Below, piece after piece: positions 49,233 through 58,416 of a stretch of DNA of 64,000 bases. The position numbers were made by a program, and so were the translations under genes. The notes under the pieces were generated by a model. The model saw nothing but the letters and a program-made list of their open reading frames with translations, was not told where the DNA came from and did no database searches. Origin of the DNA: a virus; IMG/VR virus record IMGVR_UViG_3300045974_000156, positions 1 through 64,000 of that record. One strand, 5' to 3'. Every line of letters starts with the position of its first letter. Positions within the stretch are counted from its first letter, which is position 1.

Positions 49233-49601
49233 ATGACAAAAAAGATCAATAATAACAAGCATCTGAAGCCAAAGCAGAAGAAAGCCGAGAAGGTTCAGAA
49301 AGAACTTCAGCTTGATAGCGACACTAGACTTAATTTCTGTAGATTAGAGGCTGAAGTTAGGGCTTCTAAGAATCAGCTAACCATGGAACAGATGAAACTA
49401 ACTCAGCTTATCAAGGATCTGGATAAAGAGGGGGTTATTGCCAAGTCCCAAGTAGCCGTTTATGAGTCTGCCAAGCAATTGCACCTAATGGAAGCTAAAT
49501 ATTTCGAGCTTAAAAAGGACATAGAGAAAAAGCTCAACATAGAATTGAAAGATTATGGATTCGATGATGAGACCGGGATTTTGCATAAAATAGAATCGTA
49601 G
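49233..49601 (+). CDS. coiled-coil hypothetical protein (possible fibre chaperone)
   Basis: AGGA RBS; heptad-like charged helix; lies between two fibre genes. Confidence 0.55.
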   Translation: MTKKINNNKHLKPKQKKAEKVQKELQLDSDTRLNFCRLEAEVRASKNQLTMEQMKLTQLIKDLDKEGVIAKSQVAVYESAKQLHLMEAKYFELKKDIEKKLNIELKDYGFDDETGILHKIES

Positions 49602-49609
49602 GCTACACT
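49581..49609 (+). promoter_or_regulatory. sigma70-like promoter for the 430-aa fibre gene
   Basis: TTGCAT-17 bp-TACACT. Confidence 0.55.
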
Positions 49610-49666
49610 TTAATTAACGATTCCCCCCACCCAGCAGACTCCATTGTCTGCCCAAAAGGATAGATT

Positions 49667-50959
49667 ATGGCCCTACGTAAATTTCTTTTCATGAGTTCTG
49701 AAGGCTATTACCAAGAAGCACAGCCGACTGACTCGCTAGACCTCGGTGGACTAACGATGAGCGGTGCCATCGACATGTCCCCCGATGGCGGAACTACAAC
49801 CTACAAAGTTACCAATGTAGCTGCTGCTACTGTTGCCGGTGACGCGCTAATCTTCGGACAGAGCGGCGTAACCCTAGGCGATAGCATCATCCTAGGTGGA
49901 ACTTCACTCGCCAGCGGAAAGAGCTTGACTCTATCCGGCGGTGGAACAATCACCGGTCTACCCCTAACCCCTGCTGGCGCAACCGAAGCCGCTTCCAAGT
50001 CATACGTTGACTCGGTAGCTCAGGGTCTAAACATCCACACCCCAGTAGACGCCCTAGCAGCCTCTAACATCACCACCCTATCTGGTCTAACCACCACCGT
50101 AGACGGCATCGCCCTAGACACTGACGGTCAGCGCGTTCTATTGAACGGTCAGACCAACCCAGTAGACAACGGCATCTACGTTGTACACTCTGGATCCTGG
50201 ACCCGCGCTGCCGACATGGCAGTTGGTTATCATGCAGCCGGTACCTTCGTATTCGTCCACGCTGGTGGAACTACTTACGGATCCACTGGTTGGGTTGCCA
50301 ACGTTGACAATCCTAACGACGTAGTTGGCACCAATGCAGATACCTTCATCCAGTTCTCAGGCGCAGGCACCTACCTAGGATCTGGTGGTATTCAGCTAGT
50401 CGGTAATACCTTCTCTGTAAACCTAAACACCAATCCCGGTCTACAGATCACCGCTAACAAGCTAGAAGCCAAGCCAGACAACACCCGTGGTATGGCTAAG
50501 GACTCAAGCGGCTTGTTCGTAGAGGTAGATAACACCACCATTACCTTCAACGGTTCTGGTCAGCTAGCCGCAACCAACGCTCAGTCAGCTATCTATGCCA
50601 ACAGGGTAGAGAACTCCGTCACCGCAGGAACTGGCGGCGTATCCGCTGGCGATCCTGTATACGTATCAGCCAACAGCACTGTCGCCAAGGCAGATACCGA
50701 TTCCGACGCTCACTCACGCTGCATCGGTCTAGCACTCGCCAACGTAGCAGCCACCAACCCAGTAGAGATCGTATCCAGCGGACCTCTCGCTGGCGTTCTC
50801 TCTGGCGCTACCGCAGGTCAGCCTTACTACCTAGCCACTGGCGGTGGTATCGCTACCTCTCCCCCGGGCGCAGGCAAGCGCGTAATCCGCGTAGGCGTTG
50901 CTGTCAGCGCAACCGACTTGTTCGTACAGATCCTAGACTATGGCAAAAAGGCTGCTTAA
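49667..50959 (+). CDS. highly expressed virion fibre/decoration protein
   Basis: AASKSYVD...VDGIAL...RVLL..QT...NGIYVV..G.WTRAAD fibre motif. C-terminal domain is paralogous to the 48720 gene (AGDPVYV...KAD...IGLA...GQPYYL...RVGVA). Capsid-like codon bias. Confidence 0.8.
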   Translation: MALRKFLFMSSEGYYQEAQPTDSLDLGGLTMSGAIDMSPDGGTTTYKVTNVAAATVAGDALIFGQSGVTLGDSIILGGTSLASGKSLTLSGGGTITGLPLTPAGATEAASKSYVDSVAQGLNIHTPVDALAASNITTLSGLTTTVDGIALDTDGQRVLLNGQTNPVDNGIYVVHSGSWTRAADMAVGYHAAGTFVFVHAGGTTYGSTGWVANVDNPNDVVGTNADTFIQFSGAGTYLGSGGIQLVGNTFSVNLNTNPGLQITANKLEAKPDNTRGMAKDSSGLFVEVDNTTITFNGSGQLAATNAQSAIYANRVENSVTAGTGGVSAGDPVYVSANSTVAKADTDSDAHSRCIGLALANVAATNPVEIVSSGPLAGVLSGATAGQPYYLATGGGIATSPPGAGKRVIRVGVAVSATDLFVQILDYGKKAA

Positions 50960-50971
50960 GGCAAATTCTAT

Positions 50972-51028
50972 TTGACATAATCCGCACACTGTGGCATGGT
51001 AGTCCTCTAACCGGAGGCTACCATGCCA
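50972..51028 (+). promoter_or_regulatory. promoter plus hairpin sequestering the SD and start codon of the GIY-YIG gene
   Basis: TTGACA-17 bp-CATGGT. TGGCATGGTAG-T-CCTC pairs with GAGG-CTACCATGCCA (15 bp), burying the SD and ATG. Confidence 0.85.
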
Positions 51029-51595
51029 TTTGTGTATAGTTTGCTTGAACCCCTGACCCACGAAGTACGCTACATAGGCTGTACAAAAGGCTCCTTGAGT
51101 CAGAGACTCTCTACTCATATTTCTAGGGCAAAACAAGGGTTGACCAATGTCAGTTGTTTTGACTGGATTCGTGAATTGTCAGAGCAAGGGCTAAGACCTA
51201 AGATCCTACTAGAATCTGAGCACCTAGATTCGGATGCAGCTTATGCCGAGGAAACTAGGCTGATAGATATGTATCGAAGCAAAGGTGCCAGAATATTGAA
51301 TAAAGCTAGTGGTGGTCCGGGCTGTTCTGGAGCCATCAGAAGTGCAGAAACCAGACTCAAGATGGGTTTAGCTAAGAAAGACATTCCAAAGACACAAGAG
51401 CACAGGCTGAATCTAGCAATTGCAAACGGCGGCAAAGATTTCATAGACAACACTGGTGCTGTCTATAAGAATATTCATGAGGCTGGAGAAAAACTCGGCA
51501 TCGCGTACCAAAATATATGGAAAGTATTAGCCGGTAAACGCAAGTCAGCCGGTGGCAGAACCTTTAAGTATATTGAGCAGTCCAGTAATTTGTAG
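51023..51595 (+). CDS. free-standing GIY-YIG homing endonuclease with NUMOD3- and NUMOD1-like DNA-binding modules
   Basis: FVYSL...VRYIGCT...QRLSTH, catalytic E...I...LN...GG, RSAETRLKMGLAK, YKNIHEAG.KLGI...I..VL.GKRKSAGG.TF.Y. Confidence 0.9.
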   Translation: MPFVYSLLEPLTHEVRYIGCTKGSLSQRLSTHISRAKQGLTNVSCFDWIRELSEQGLRPKILLESEHLDSDAAYAEETRLIDMYRSKGARILNKASGGPGCSGAIRSAETRLKMGLAKKDIPKTQEHRLNLAIANGGKDFIDNTGAVYKNIHEAGEKLGIAYQNIWKVLAGKRKSAGGRTFKYIEQSSNL

Positions 51596-51653
51596 TTACT
51601 GATCTTACCTGTTATTCTTATTTTGGACTTACACTTTATCCCAAGAGGCTATC

Positions 51654-51884
51654 ATGGCTATTATGAAATGGATTTTCAACCAAGGCGTAAATACTGCTAG
51701 GATGCCGTTGCCCGCAGGCACCAGGAATCTAGCTATTTACAAGCACTCTCCTCTACAGGGCGAGATTCACCAGCTTACCTTTGCCCCAAATGCCACTAGT
51801 GCCTCAGTTGCTATCGGCACAGGATCCATCGCTCAGGTACGAGCCCTAGCAGCAGAGCACTATCGTTACCAGAACGCAGACTAG
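51654..51884 (+). CDS. small beta-rich hypothetical (probably virion) protein
   Basis: GAGG RBS; within the structural module. Confidence 0.6.
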   Translation: MAIMKWIFNQGVNTARMPLPAGTRNLAIYKHSPLQGEIHQLTFAPNATSASVAIGTGSIAQVRALAAEHYRYQNAD

Positions 51885-51899
51885 ATGTAACTCAGGCTG

Positions 51900-51952
51900 G
51901 TTCTGGCTGATTTTTTGTGGGATAATGCTATGGATCCTACCGGAGCCAGAAC
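51900..51952 (+). promoter_or_regulatory. extended -10 promoter inside an RBS-occluding hairpin
   Basis: GTTCTGGCT pairs with AGCCAGAAC and GTGGGAT with ATCCTAC; TG-G-GATAAT at 51918-51926. Confidence 0.55.
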
Positions 51953-52465
51953 ATGCCTGCAATTAATCTCATCATACCCACCAAAGATTCGGTTGAGGGG
52001 TATGAAGAAGAAATAGAGACACATACAGACGGTCTCGCGGCAGCAGGGTTCTACCCACAAATAGGTAGTGTTAATAATTTACTTGCTGGAATGGAACGAG
52101 ATACCTCCGGTAACCTGACATTCAAGGATCAGGTTGCCGGAGGTCCTTATACCCTTACTCAATTACTAGCATCCGGTGGAAGCGGGACTACTAACGTAGT
52201 TTCGACTTTCTCTATTTCACTAAATCCCCCTACAAGCGAGATATTTGGAACTGTCACGGGGCTTGCTGGCGCACCTGTGAGGGTCGCTGGCTTTTCTGTA
52301 ATGGAGCAAGGTGTTTCCGTTACCACTGGTTTAGTTTATGATGTACAGGTAATAAGTTTGACCGCTGATGGTTTTAACTATAGATTATCTATCGGACGAG
52401 ATGAATGGTGGCCCGGACCCGGAACCATGACTCTTAATGTCCAGTACCTCTGGAGCGCCACATGA
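51953..52465 (+). CDS. hypothetical virion structural protein
   Basis: GGAG RBS; beta-rich; ATGA overlap with the 1984-aa gene. Confidence 0.65.
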   Translation: MPAINLIIPTKDSVEGYEEEIETHTDGLAAAGFYPQIGSVNNLLAGMERDTSGNLTFKDQVAGGPYTLTQLLASGGSGTTNVVSTFSISLNPPTSEIFGTVTGLAGAPVRVAGFSVMEQGVSVTTGLVYDVQVISLTADGFNYRLSIGRDEWWPGPGTMTLNVQYLWSAT

Positions 52466-55400
52466 GTATTATTCAGGATCCGGCAGGAGCAGGAGCAGCG
52501 AACGTAGTAGACGCTGAGTCTCCTGACTTCACAAGTAAAAAGGCATTAGTTGTCGCCATTAGTGCCGATTATAGCAAGTCAAACCAAACAGTTTCTAACT
52601 CCCTGACCGGAACAGCCAATATATCCATAAGTACGGCTGCCGCCAGTACTTGTGGTATTCAGGTGGCAGGAACATGGACAGGCACCCTTCTATTTGAGTC
52701 TACTCTAGACGGGTCCACATGGGTCTCTGTGTTGGGCGCATCGGTACCTGGAAATATAACATCAACAAGTACAACCTCTAATGGCGTGTGGTTAGTAGCC
52801 ACTTCAGGTATAAATGCCTTAAGGGTCAGGGGTAGCACAGTCGGATCAGGCACAGCTATTGTAACGCTATCAGCATCACTAGTTGCACAAGAGGTGTCGA
52901 TTACATCCACTACTGGGTTAACAGACGCACAGCTTAGGGCTTCTCCCATATCAGTAACTTCATCATTACCGAGTGGAGCCTCCACGGCAGCGTTACAGAA
53001 TTCGATCAATACTACCCTGACCGAGATATCCGGTCAGTTACCTACCACTCTGGGTGCAAAGACAACCGCAAATTCAGTAGCTGTTAATGTAGCTTCGGAT
53101 CAGACAGTGGTGGTATCTGCATCTTCATTACCTCTGCCGACAGGCGCTGCACAAGACTCTACTTTGACAAGTGGAAGCCAGAAAACACAAGTAACAGCAC
53201 TCCCATCAATCCCGGCAGGCACAAATACCATAGGTGCCGTTAACCAAGGTACTGGAGGGGTTAGTGCGTGGAAGATAGATGGCTCAGGATTTACACAGCC
53301 TGTTTCAGCCGCATCTTTGCCCCTACCCAGCGGCGCAGCCACTAGTGCGCTACAAACGAGCGGTAATAGCACCCTAAGCACCATATCAGGGCAGTTACCA
53401 GCATCACTCGGGGCAAAGACTACCTCGGCGTCGGTTGCCGTTAATATAGCATCTGATCAGACCGTACCGGTTTCCGGAACGGTTGTGGCTACTCAGTCCA
53501 CAGCAGCAAATCTAAATGCAACCGTAGTAGGCGCAGGCATAGGCGGAACTCCCGCTGGTGGTGTATTATCTGTTCAGGGCGTAGCTAGCATGACAGCCCT
53601 GAAGGTCGATGGGTCGGGTGTTACCCAACCCGTATCTGCCACCGCCCTACCTCTCCCTACCGGTGCCTCGACAGCAGCACTCCAGACAACTGGAAACTCC
53701 ACACTGACAGCTATCTCAGGGCAGATTCCTTCAACTCTGGGGGCTAAGACAACAGCAGCGTCCCTGGCAGTAAATATAGCGTCTGATCAGACAGTTCCTG
53801 TATCGGTAGCTACATTCCCGTTACCAACCGGAGCAGCTACTTCGGCAAATCAGACCGGAGGCGGTCAGAAGACACAAATAGTAGATGCATCCGGAAATGT
53901 ACAACCGGCAGGAGATACCGTAGCTAGATCTTCGTTTCAAAAGATAACAGACGGATTCAACGGTCCTGTGGCTGTTAAGGCTGCATCTACCGCACCAGCC
54001 GCAACAGACCCCTCCCTGGTAGTTTCTATTTCACCTAATACACCGACCCTACCAGTATCGGCGTCAGCCCTACCGCTACCAACCGGCGCTGCAACAGCAG
54101 TACTACAGTCAACTATCTCCGGTCAGCTACCAGGAACTCTAGGATCCAAGATAACCTCTGCATCGTTGGCGGTTAACATTGCCAGCGATCAGACCGTTCC
54201 AGTTAGTGCGTCTGCTCTACCCCTACCAAGCGGAGCAGCTACTTCAGCAAAACAGCCTGCACTTGGAGTAGCAGGCACCCCGTCAGCAGATGTTTTGACT
54301 ATTCAGGGTAACGCCTCAGGAACGCCGATCCCAGTTTCCGGATCAGTAGCCCTAACCGCCGGATCCAGCACTATCGGTAAAGTAGACCAAGGCGTAGCAG
54401 GAGCCTCGGCTTGGAAAGTTGATGGATCTGCTGTAACTCAGCCTATCTCGGCAGCCTCCTTGCCGTTGCCGACAGGTGCAGCAACATCCGCAAATCTAAC
54501 GACACTGGGCGCTCAGACTACAAAAATTAACGATGGGACAAACACTGTTACCGTAAAAGCAGCCAGTACTGCTGCCGTAGCAACAGACACCGCGATAGTC
54601 GTAGCCATCAGTCCGAATAATCCGATCACTACCTCTGGAACTTCCACTGTTACACAGTCTACCGCTGCCAACCTGAACGCAACCGTGACACAGGGTCCCG
54701 CTGGCGCAGCGGCTTGGAAGGTAGATGGGTCTGCTGTTACTCAGCCTATCTCTGGAACCATTACAGCAAACCAAGGTTCCGCTAGTGTCACAGCTTGGAA
54801 GGTTGACGGATCTGCTGTAACTCAGCCGGTTTCTGGAACCATAACAGCATCCCAGGCAACTGCTGGAAATCTAAACGCAACCGTAGCCCAAGGCGCAGCG
54901 GGGGCTACAGCTTGGAAAGTAGACGGTTCTGCCGTCACTCAGCCGGTCAGCGCCTCCGCGCTTCCGTTACCTGCCGGTGCAGCCACCAGCGCATTACAGA
55001 CAACCGGTAATACATCCCTATCAGCCATAGCAGGGCAGCTACCCTCATCCTTGGGTGCAAAGACTACCGCCAATTCAATGGCTGTTAATATCGCATCCGA
55101 TCAGACTGTACCGGTCAGCGCCCTGATCCTACCTCTTCCATCTGGTGCCTCGACCGCTGCAAAACAGCCAGCACTGGGCGTAGCCGGTACCCCATCTACA
55201 GATGTCCTGACAATTCAGGGTATCACCAGCATGACCGCTCTAAAAGTCGATGGTTCCGGAATTACACAGCCTGTTAGTGGGACATTCTGGCAGACAACCC
55301 AGCCAGTATCGGCAGCCTCGTTACCTCTGCCTATTGGCGCAGCTACATCGGCAAACTTAACTACTATTGGAAGCCAGACTACTAAGATAAACGACGGAAC

Positions 55401-58400
55401 CAACACGGCAGCAGTTAAGGCAGCCTCTACCGCCCCGGTAGCTGCTGATCCTTCACTAGTTGTAGCTATCTCTCCAAATACAGCAACCCTACCTGTATCT
55501 GCCGCCTCCCTGCCTCTTCCTACCGGAGCCGCAACCTCCGCGCTTCAGACAACAGGAAACTCGTCGCTATCTGCAATATCAGGTCAGTTACCAGCCTCGC
55601 TTGGAGCCAAGACCACCGCAGCATCTATGGCTGTAAATATTGCCTCAGATCAGAACGTACCTGTGACCGGCACCATAACAGCGGCGCAGGCAACTGCTGG
55701 AAATCTAAACGCAACCGTTGTTCAGGGTGCAGCCGGTGCGTCAGCATGGAAAGTAGACGGGTCGGCTGTTACTCAGCCCGTGAGCGCCGCAGCACTCCCA
55801 CTCCCTACCGGCGCAGCCACTTCCGCAAATCAGACTACCTTGGGAAGCCAGACTAGTAAGATTAACGACGGCACATATACAGCAACAATTAAGACTGCCG
55901 GTACCGCAGCAGTTACTGGCGACACCGCTTTGGTTGTCGCTCTATCTCCCAACTCATCAACCCCGAACACCCTAGATCTAAATAACACAGGAACATTAGG
56001 ATCCCTTAATGCCACTATAGTATTTAATTGTTCTGGAATGTCCACAGCTACCTTTAGTGTAACAGGGACTTGGGTAGGAACAACCCAGTTCCAAGGTAGT
56101 GTCGATGGTACAAACTGGTTTGCGGCAGACGCATGGAATATGTCTACCGGATTGTTTATAACTAGTATAACCGCTAACGGTAACTTTCTAGTCGGCATTG
56201 CAGGTCTCAAGCAGTTCCGACTAATAATGTCATCTTATACCTCAGGAACAGCCTCTATTGCTTATAATATAAGCGTAAGAGAAAGCGGACAGCAGACCGG
56301 AAACCTGATCGTAGACGCAAATAACAATGGTCCCGTGACCGTGAAGCAAGCCAATACGGCACCTGTAGCTACGGACATGGCTTTGGTCGTAGCTATCTCG
56401 CCAAACTCTCCAACTCTGGCTACTTCCGTATCTTCTCTACCTCTTCCAACCGGGGCATCTACTGCTGCTCTCCAGACTACCGGAAACGCGACCCTGACAA
56501 CCATCTCTGGACAGCTACCGGCTACCCTCGGTGCGAAGACCGTAGCAAACTCAACGTCGGTCAACATAGCTTCTGACCAGACTGTTCCAGTCAGCGCCGC
56601 AGCCCTGCCCCTCCCGAGTGGTGCAGCCACAAGTGCATTACAGACTAGCGGCAACTCAACGCTGACCACAATATCCGGACAGCTTCCTACAACCCTAGGA
56701 ACAAAGACAACTGCAAACTCCGTTGCGGTTAATATCGCATCAGACCAAATAGTACCGGTATCTGGAACCATAACAGCCGCTCAGTCTACTGCTGCAAACC
56801 TTGCCGCAACCGTTACTCAGGGTCCTGCCGGGGCTAGCGCCTGGAAAGTAGATGGAAGCGCAGTTACACAACCCATTAGTGCTACCGCGCTACCCCTACC
56901 GACAGGGGCAGCAACATCCGCCAACTTGACTACAGTAGGGTCACAGACAACTAAAATAAATGATGGGACTAATACAGCCACAGTTAAGGCTGCATCGACA
57001 TCCCCTGTAATCACAGATACATCCTTGGTTGTAGCCATTTCTCCCAATACAGCAACCCTGCCTATCTCAGCAGCATCATTACCTTTACCATCAGGCGCAG
57101 CAACAGCCGCAAATCTAACAACAATCGGTAGCCAGACATCAAAAATAAATGACGGTACAAATACTGCGGCAGTAAAAGCTGCCAGTACCGCAGCAGTAGC
57201 AGCAGATCCTGCTCTGGTCGTAGCAATTAGCCCGAATAATACACTCAACATAAATGCCTCTGCTTTGCCTCTACCATCTGGCGCATCTACTGCGGCTCTA
57301 CAGACTAGTGGTAACTCAACCCTAACCACTATATCTAGCCAATTACCAACTACTCTAGGCACAAAAACCACTGCTAACTCCATAGCAATTAATATTGCGT
57401 CAGATCAGACAGTCCCTGTTAGCGCCATAGCCCTGCCTCTACCTACTGGTGCTGCAACATCCGCAAATCTAACAACCCTTGGTGCCCAGACAACAAAAAT
57501 TAATGACGGGACCAATACTGCGGCTGTTAAGGCAGCCTCGACAGCAGCCCTGGCTACCGACTCTGCCCTTGTGGTAGCAATATCTCCAAACTCTCCATTT
57601 ACATTACCGTCCGGTGCCTCAACTTCAGCAAACCAGACTACCTTGGGATCGCAGACCACTAAGCTAAATGACGGTACAAATACCGTTACAGTAAAGGCAG
57701 CCTCAACCGCCGCACTAGCTACTGATACAGCCTTGGTCGTGGCGATGTCTCCAAATTCTCCATTTGCTTTGCCCTCCGGAGCCTCGACATCCAGTAATCA
57801 GATTACTCTCGGGGCACAGACTACAACCATAAACGATGGCACCAATACCGCTGCTGTTACGGCAGCCTCTACCGCCCCTACTGCAACAGATGCTGCGTTG
57901 GTAGTAGCTATATCTCCGAATTCACATATAAATGGAATCCTGAAGCCTTTATATGGTGCATCAGGTCAGGCTATGACCATAACCCTAGCAAGCCTAACGT
58001 CAACATCCGCCCGAGCAAGTACCGCTGTAGATAATACAACAAACTTATTCGAGGATGTACTGTTCTTTGTAAAGACTACATCAGCAGCAGCCGCCACCAG
58101 CGCCACAGGGTATGTAAATATTTACGGCTATGGCTCTGTGGATGGCGGTACAACATACCCAGAAGGCATTACAGGGGCAGACGCAGCAGTTACCCTATCA
58201 AATCCTCCAAACTTGGTATTACTAGCCCAGATAACGCTAAACGCAAACAGCAAGACAGCTACCGCAGGACCGTTCTCCTTCTGTCGCCAGTATGGCATCG
58301 ACAGACTCCCGGCTAGGTGGGGTCTTGTATTTGTAAATCTAAGTGGTGCAACACTTAACGCAACTGCCGGTAATCATGCTATTACATGGCAGGGCATAAA

Positions 58401-58416
58401 CGGACAACTAATATAA
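52462..58416 (+). CDS. 1984-aa modular Ala/Ser/Thr-rich repeat fibre protein
   Basis: Recurrent blocks LPLPxGAxT, ISGQLPxxLGxKT...AVNIASDQ, KINDGTNT..VKAAST...LVVAISPN and WKVDGSAVTQP. Two copies of a GTWxGT..F..S.DG..W beta domain and a globular C-terminal domain. Confidence 0.85.
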   Translation: MSIIQDPAGAGAANVVDAESPDFTSKKALVVAISADYSKSNQTVSNSLTGTANISISTAAASTCGIQVAGTWTGTLLFESTLDGSTWVSVLGASVPGNITSTSTTSNGVWLVATSGINALRVRGSTVGSGTAIVTLSASLVAQEVSITSTTGLTDAQLRASPISVTSSLPSGASTAALQNSINTTLTEISGQLPTTLGAKTTANSVAVNVASDQTVVVSASSLPLPTGAAQDSTLTSGSQKTQVTALPSIPAGTNTIGAVNQGTGGVSAWKIDGSGFTQPVSAASLPLPSGAATSALQTSGNSTLSTISGQLPASLGAKTTSASVAVNIASDQTVPVSGTVVATQSTAANLNATVVGAGIGGTPAGGVLSVQGVASMTALKVDGSGVTQPVSATALPLPTGASTAALQTTGNSTLTAISGQIPSTLGAKTTAASLAVNIASDQTVPVSVATFPLPTGAATSANQTGGGQKTQIVDASGNVQPAGDTVARSSFQKITDGFNGPVAVKAASTAPAATDPSLVVSISPNTPTLPVSASALPLPTGAATAVLQSTISGQLPGTLGSKITSASLAVNIASDQTVPVSASALPLPSGAATSAKQPALGVAGTPSADVLTIQGNASGTPIPVSGSVALTAGSSTIGKVDQGVAGASAWKVDGSAVTQPISAASLPLPTGAATSANLTTLGAQTTKINDGTNTVTVKAASTAAVATDTAIVVAISPNNPITTSGTSTVTQSTAANLNATVTQGPAGAAAWKVDGSAVTQPISGTITANQGSASVTAWKVDGSAVTQPVSGTITASQATAGNLNATVAQGAAGATAWKVDGSAVTQPVSASALPLPAGAATSALQTTGNTSLSAIAGQLPSSLGAKTTANSMAVNIASDQTVPVSALILPLPSGASTAAKQPALGVAGTPSTDVLTIQGITSMTALKVDGSGITQPVSGTFWQTTQPVSAASLPLPIGAATSANLTTIGSQTTKINDGTNTAAVKAASTAPVAADPSLVVAISPNTATLPVSAASLPLPTGAATSALQTTGNSSLSAISGQLPASLGAKTTAASMAVNIASDQNVPVTGTITAAQATAGNLNATVVQGAAGASAWKVDGSAVTQPVSAAALPLPTGAATSANQTTLGSQTSKINDGTYTATIKTAGTAAVTGDTALVVALSPNSSTPNTLDLNNTGTLGSLNATIVFNCSGMSTATFSVTGTWVGTTQFQGSVDGTNWFAADAWNMSTGLFITSITANGNFLVGIAGLKQFRLIMSSYTSGTASIAYNISVRESGQQTGNLIVDANNNGPVTVKQANTAPVATDMALVVAISPNSPTLATSVSSLPLPTGASTAALQTTGNATLTTISGQLPATLGAKTVANSTSVNIASDQTVPVSAAALPLPSGAATSALQTSGNSTLTTISGQLPTTLGTKTTANSVAVNIASDQIVPVSGTITAAQSTAANLAATVTQGPAGASAWKVDGSAVTQPISATALPLPTGAATSANLTTVGSQTTKINDGTNTATVKAASTSPVITDTSLVVAISPNTATLPISAASLPLPSGAATAANLTTIGSQTSKINDGTNTAAVKAASTAAVAADPALVVAISPNNTLNINASALPLPSGASTAALQTSGNSTLTTISSQLPTTLGTKTTANSIAINIASDQTVPVSAIALPLPTGAATSANLTTLGAQTTKINDGTNTAAVKAASTAALATDSALVVAISPNSPFTLPSGASTSANQTTLGSQTTKLNDGTNTVTVKAASTAALATDTALVVAMSPNSPFALPSGASTSSNQITLGAQTTTINDGTNTAAVTAASTAPTATDAALVVAISPNSHINGILKPLYGASGQAMTITLASLTSTSARASTAVDNTTNLFEDVLFFVKTTSAAAATSATGYVNIYGYGSVDGGTTYPEGITGADAAVTLSNPPNLVLLAQITLNANSKTATAGPFSFCRQYGIDRLPARWGLVFVNLSGATLNATAGNHAITWQGINGQLI

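Noticed and set aside
52659-57659. Multiple minus-strand ORFs opposite the 1984-aa gene
   Set aside because: Shadow ORFs of a repetitive, stop-poor coding strand.
17103-58416. CRISPR array or diversity-generating retroelement among the repeats
   Set aside because: Repeats are in-frame, protein-level and synonymously diverged. I saw no constant repeat/unique spacer pattern, no reverse transcriptase and no adenine-specific TR/VR pair. The near-identical ~30 bp at ~20105 and ~20931 is a duplicated domain motif.
52462-58416. Ice-nucleation or antifreeze protein
   Set aside because: Thr/Ala/Ser-rich, but lacks the strict 8/16-residue AGYGST-type or regular TxT periodicity.
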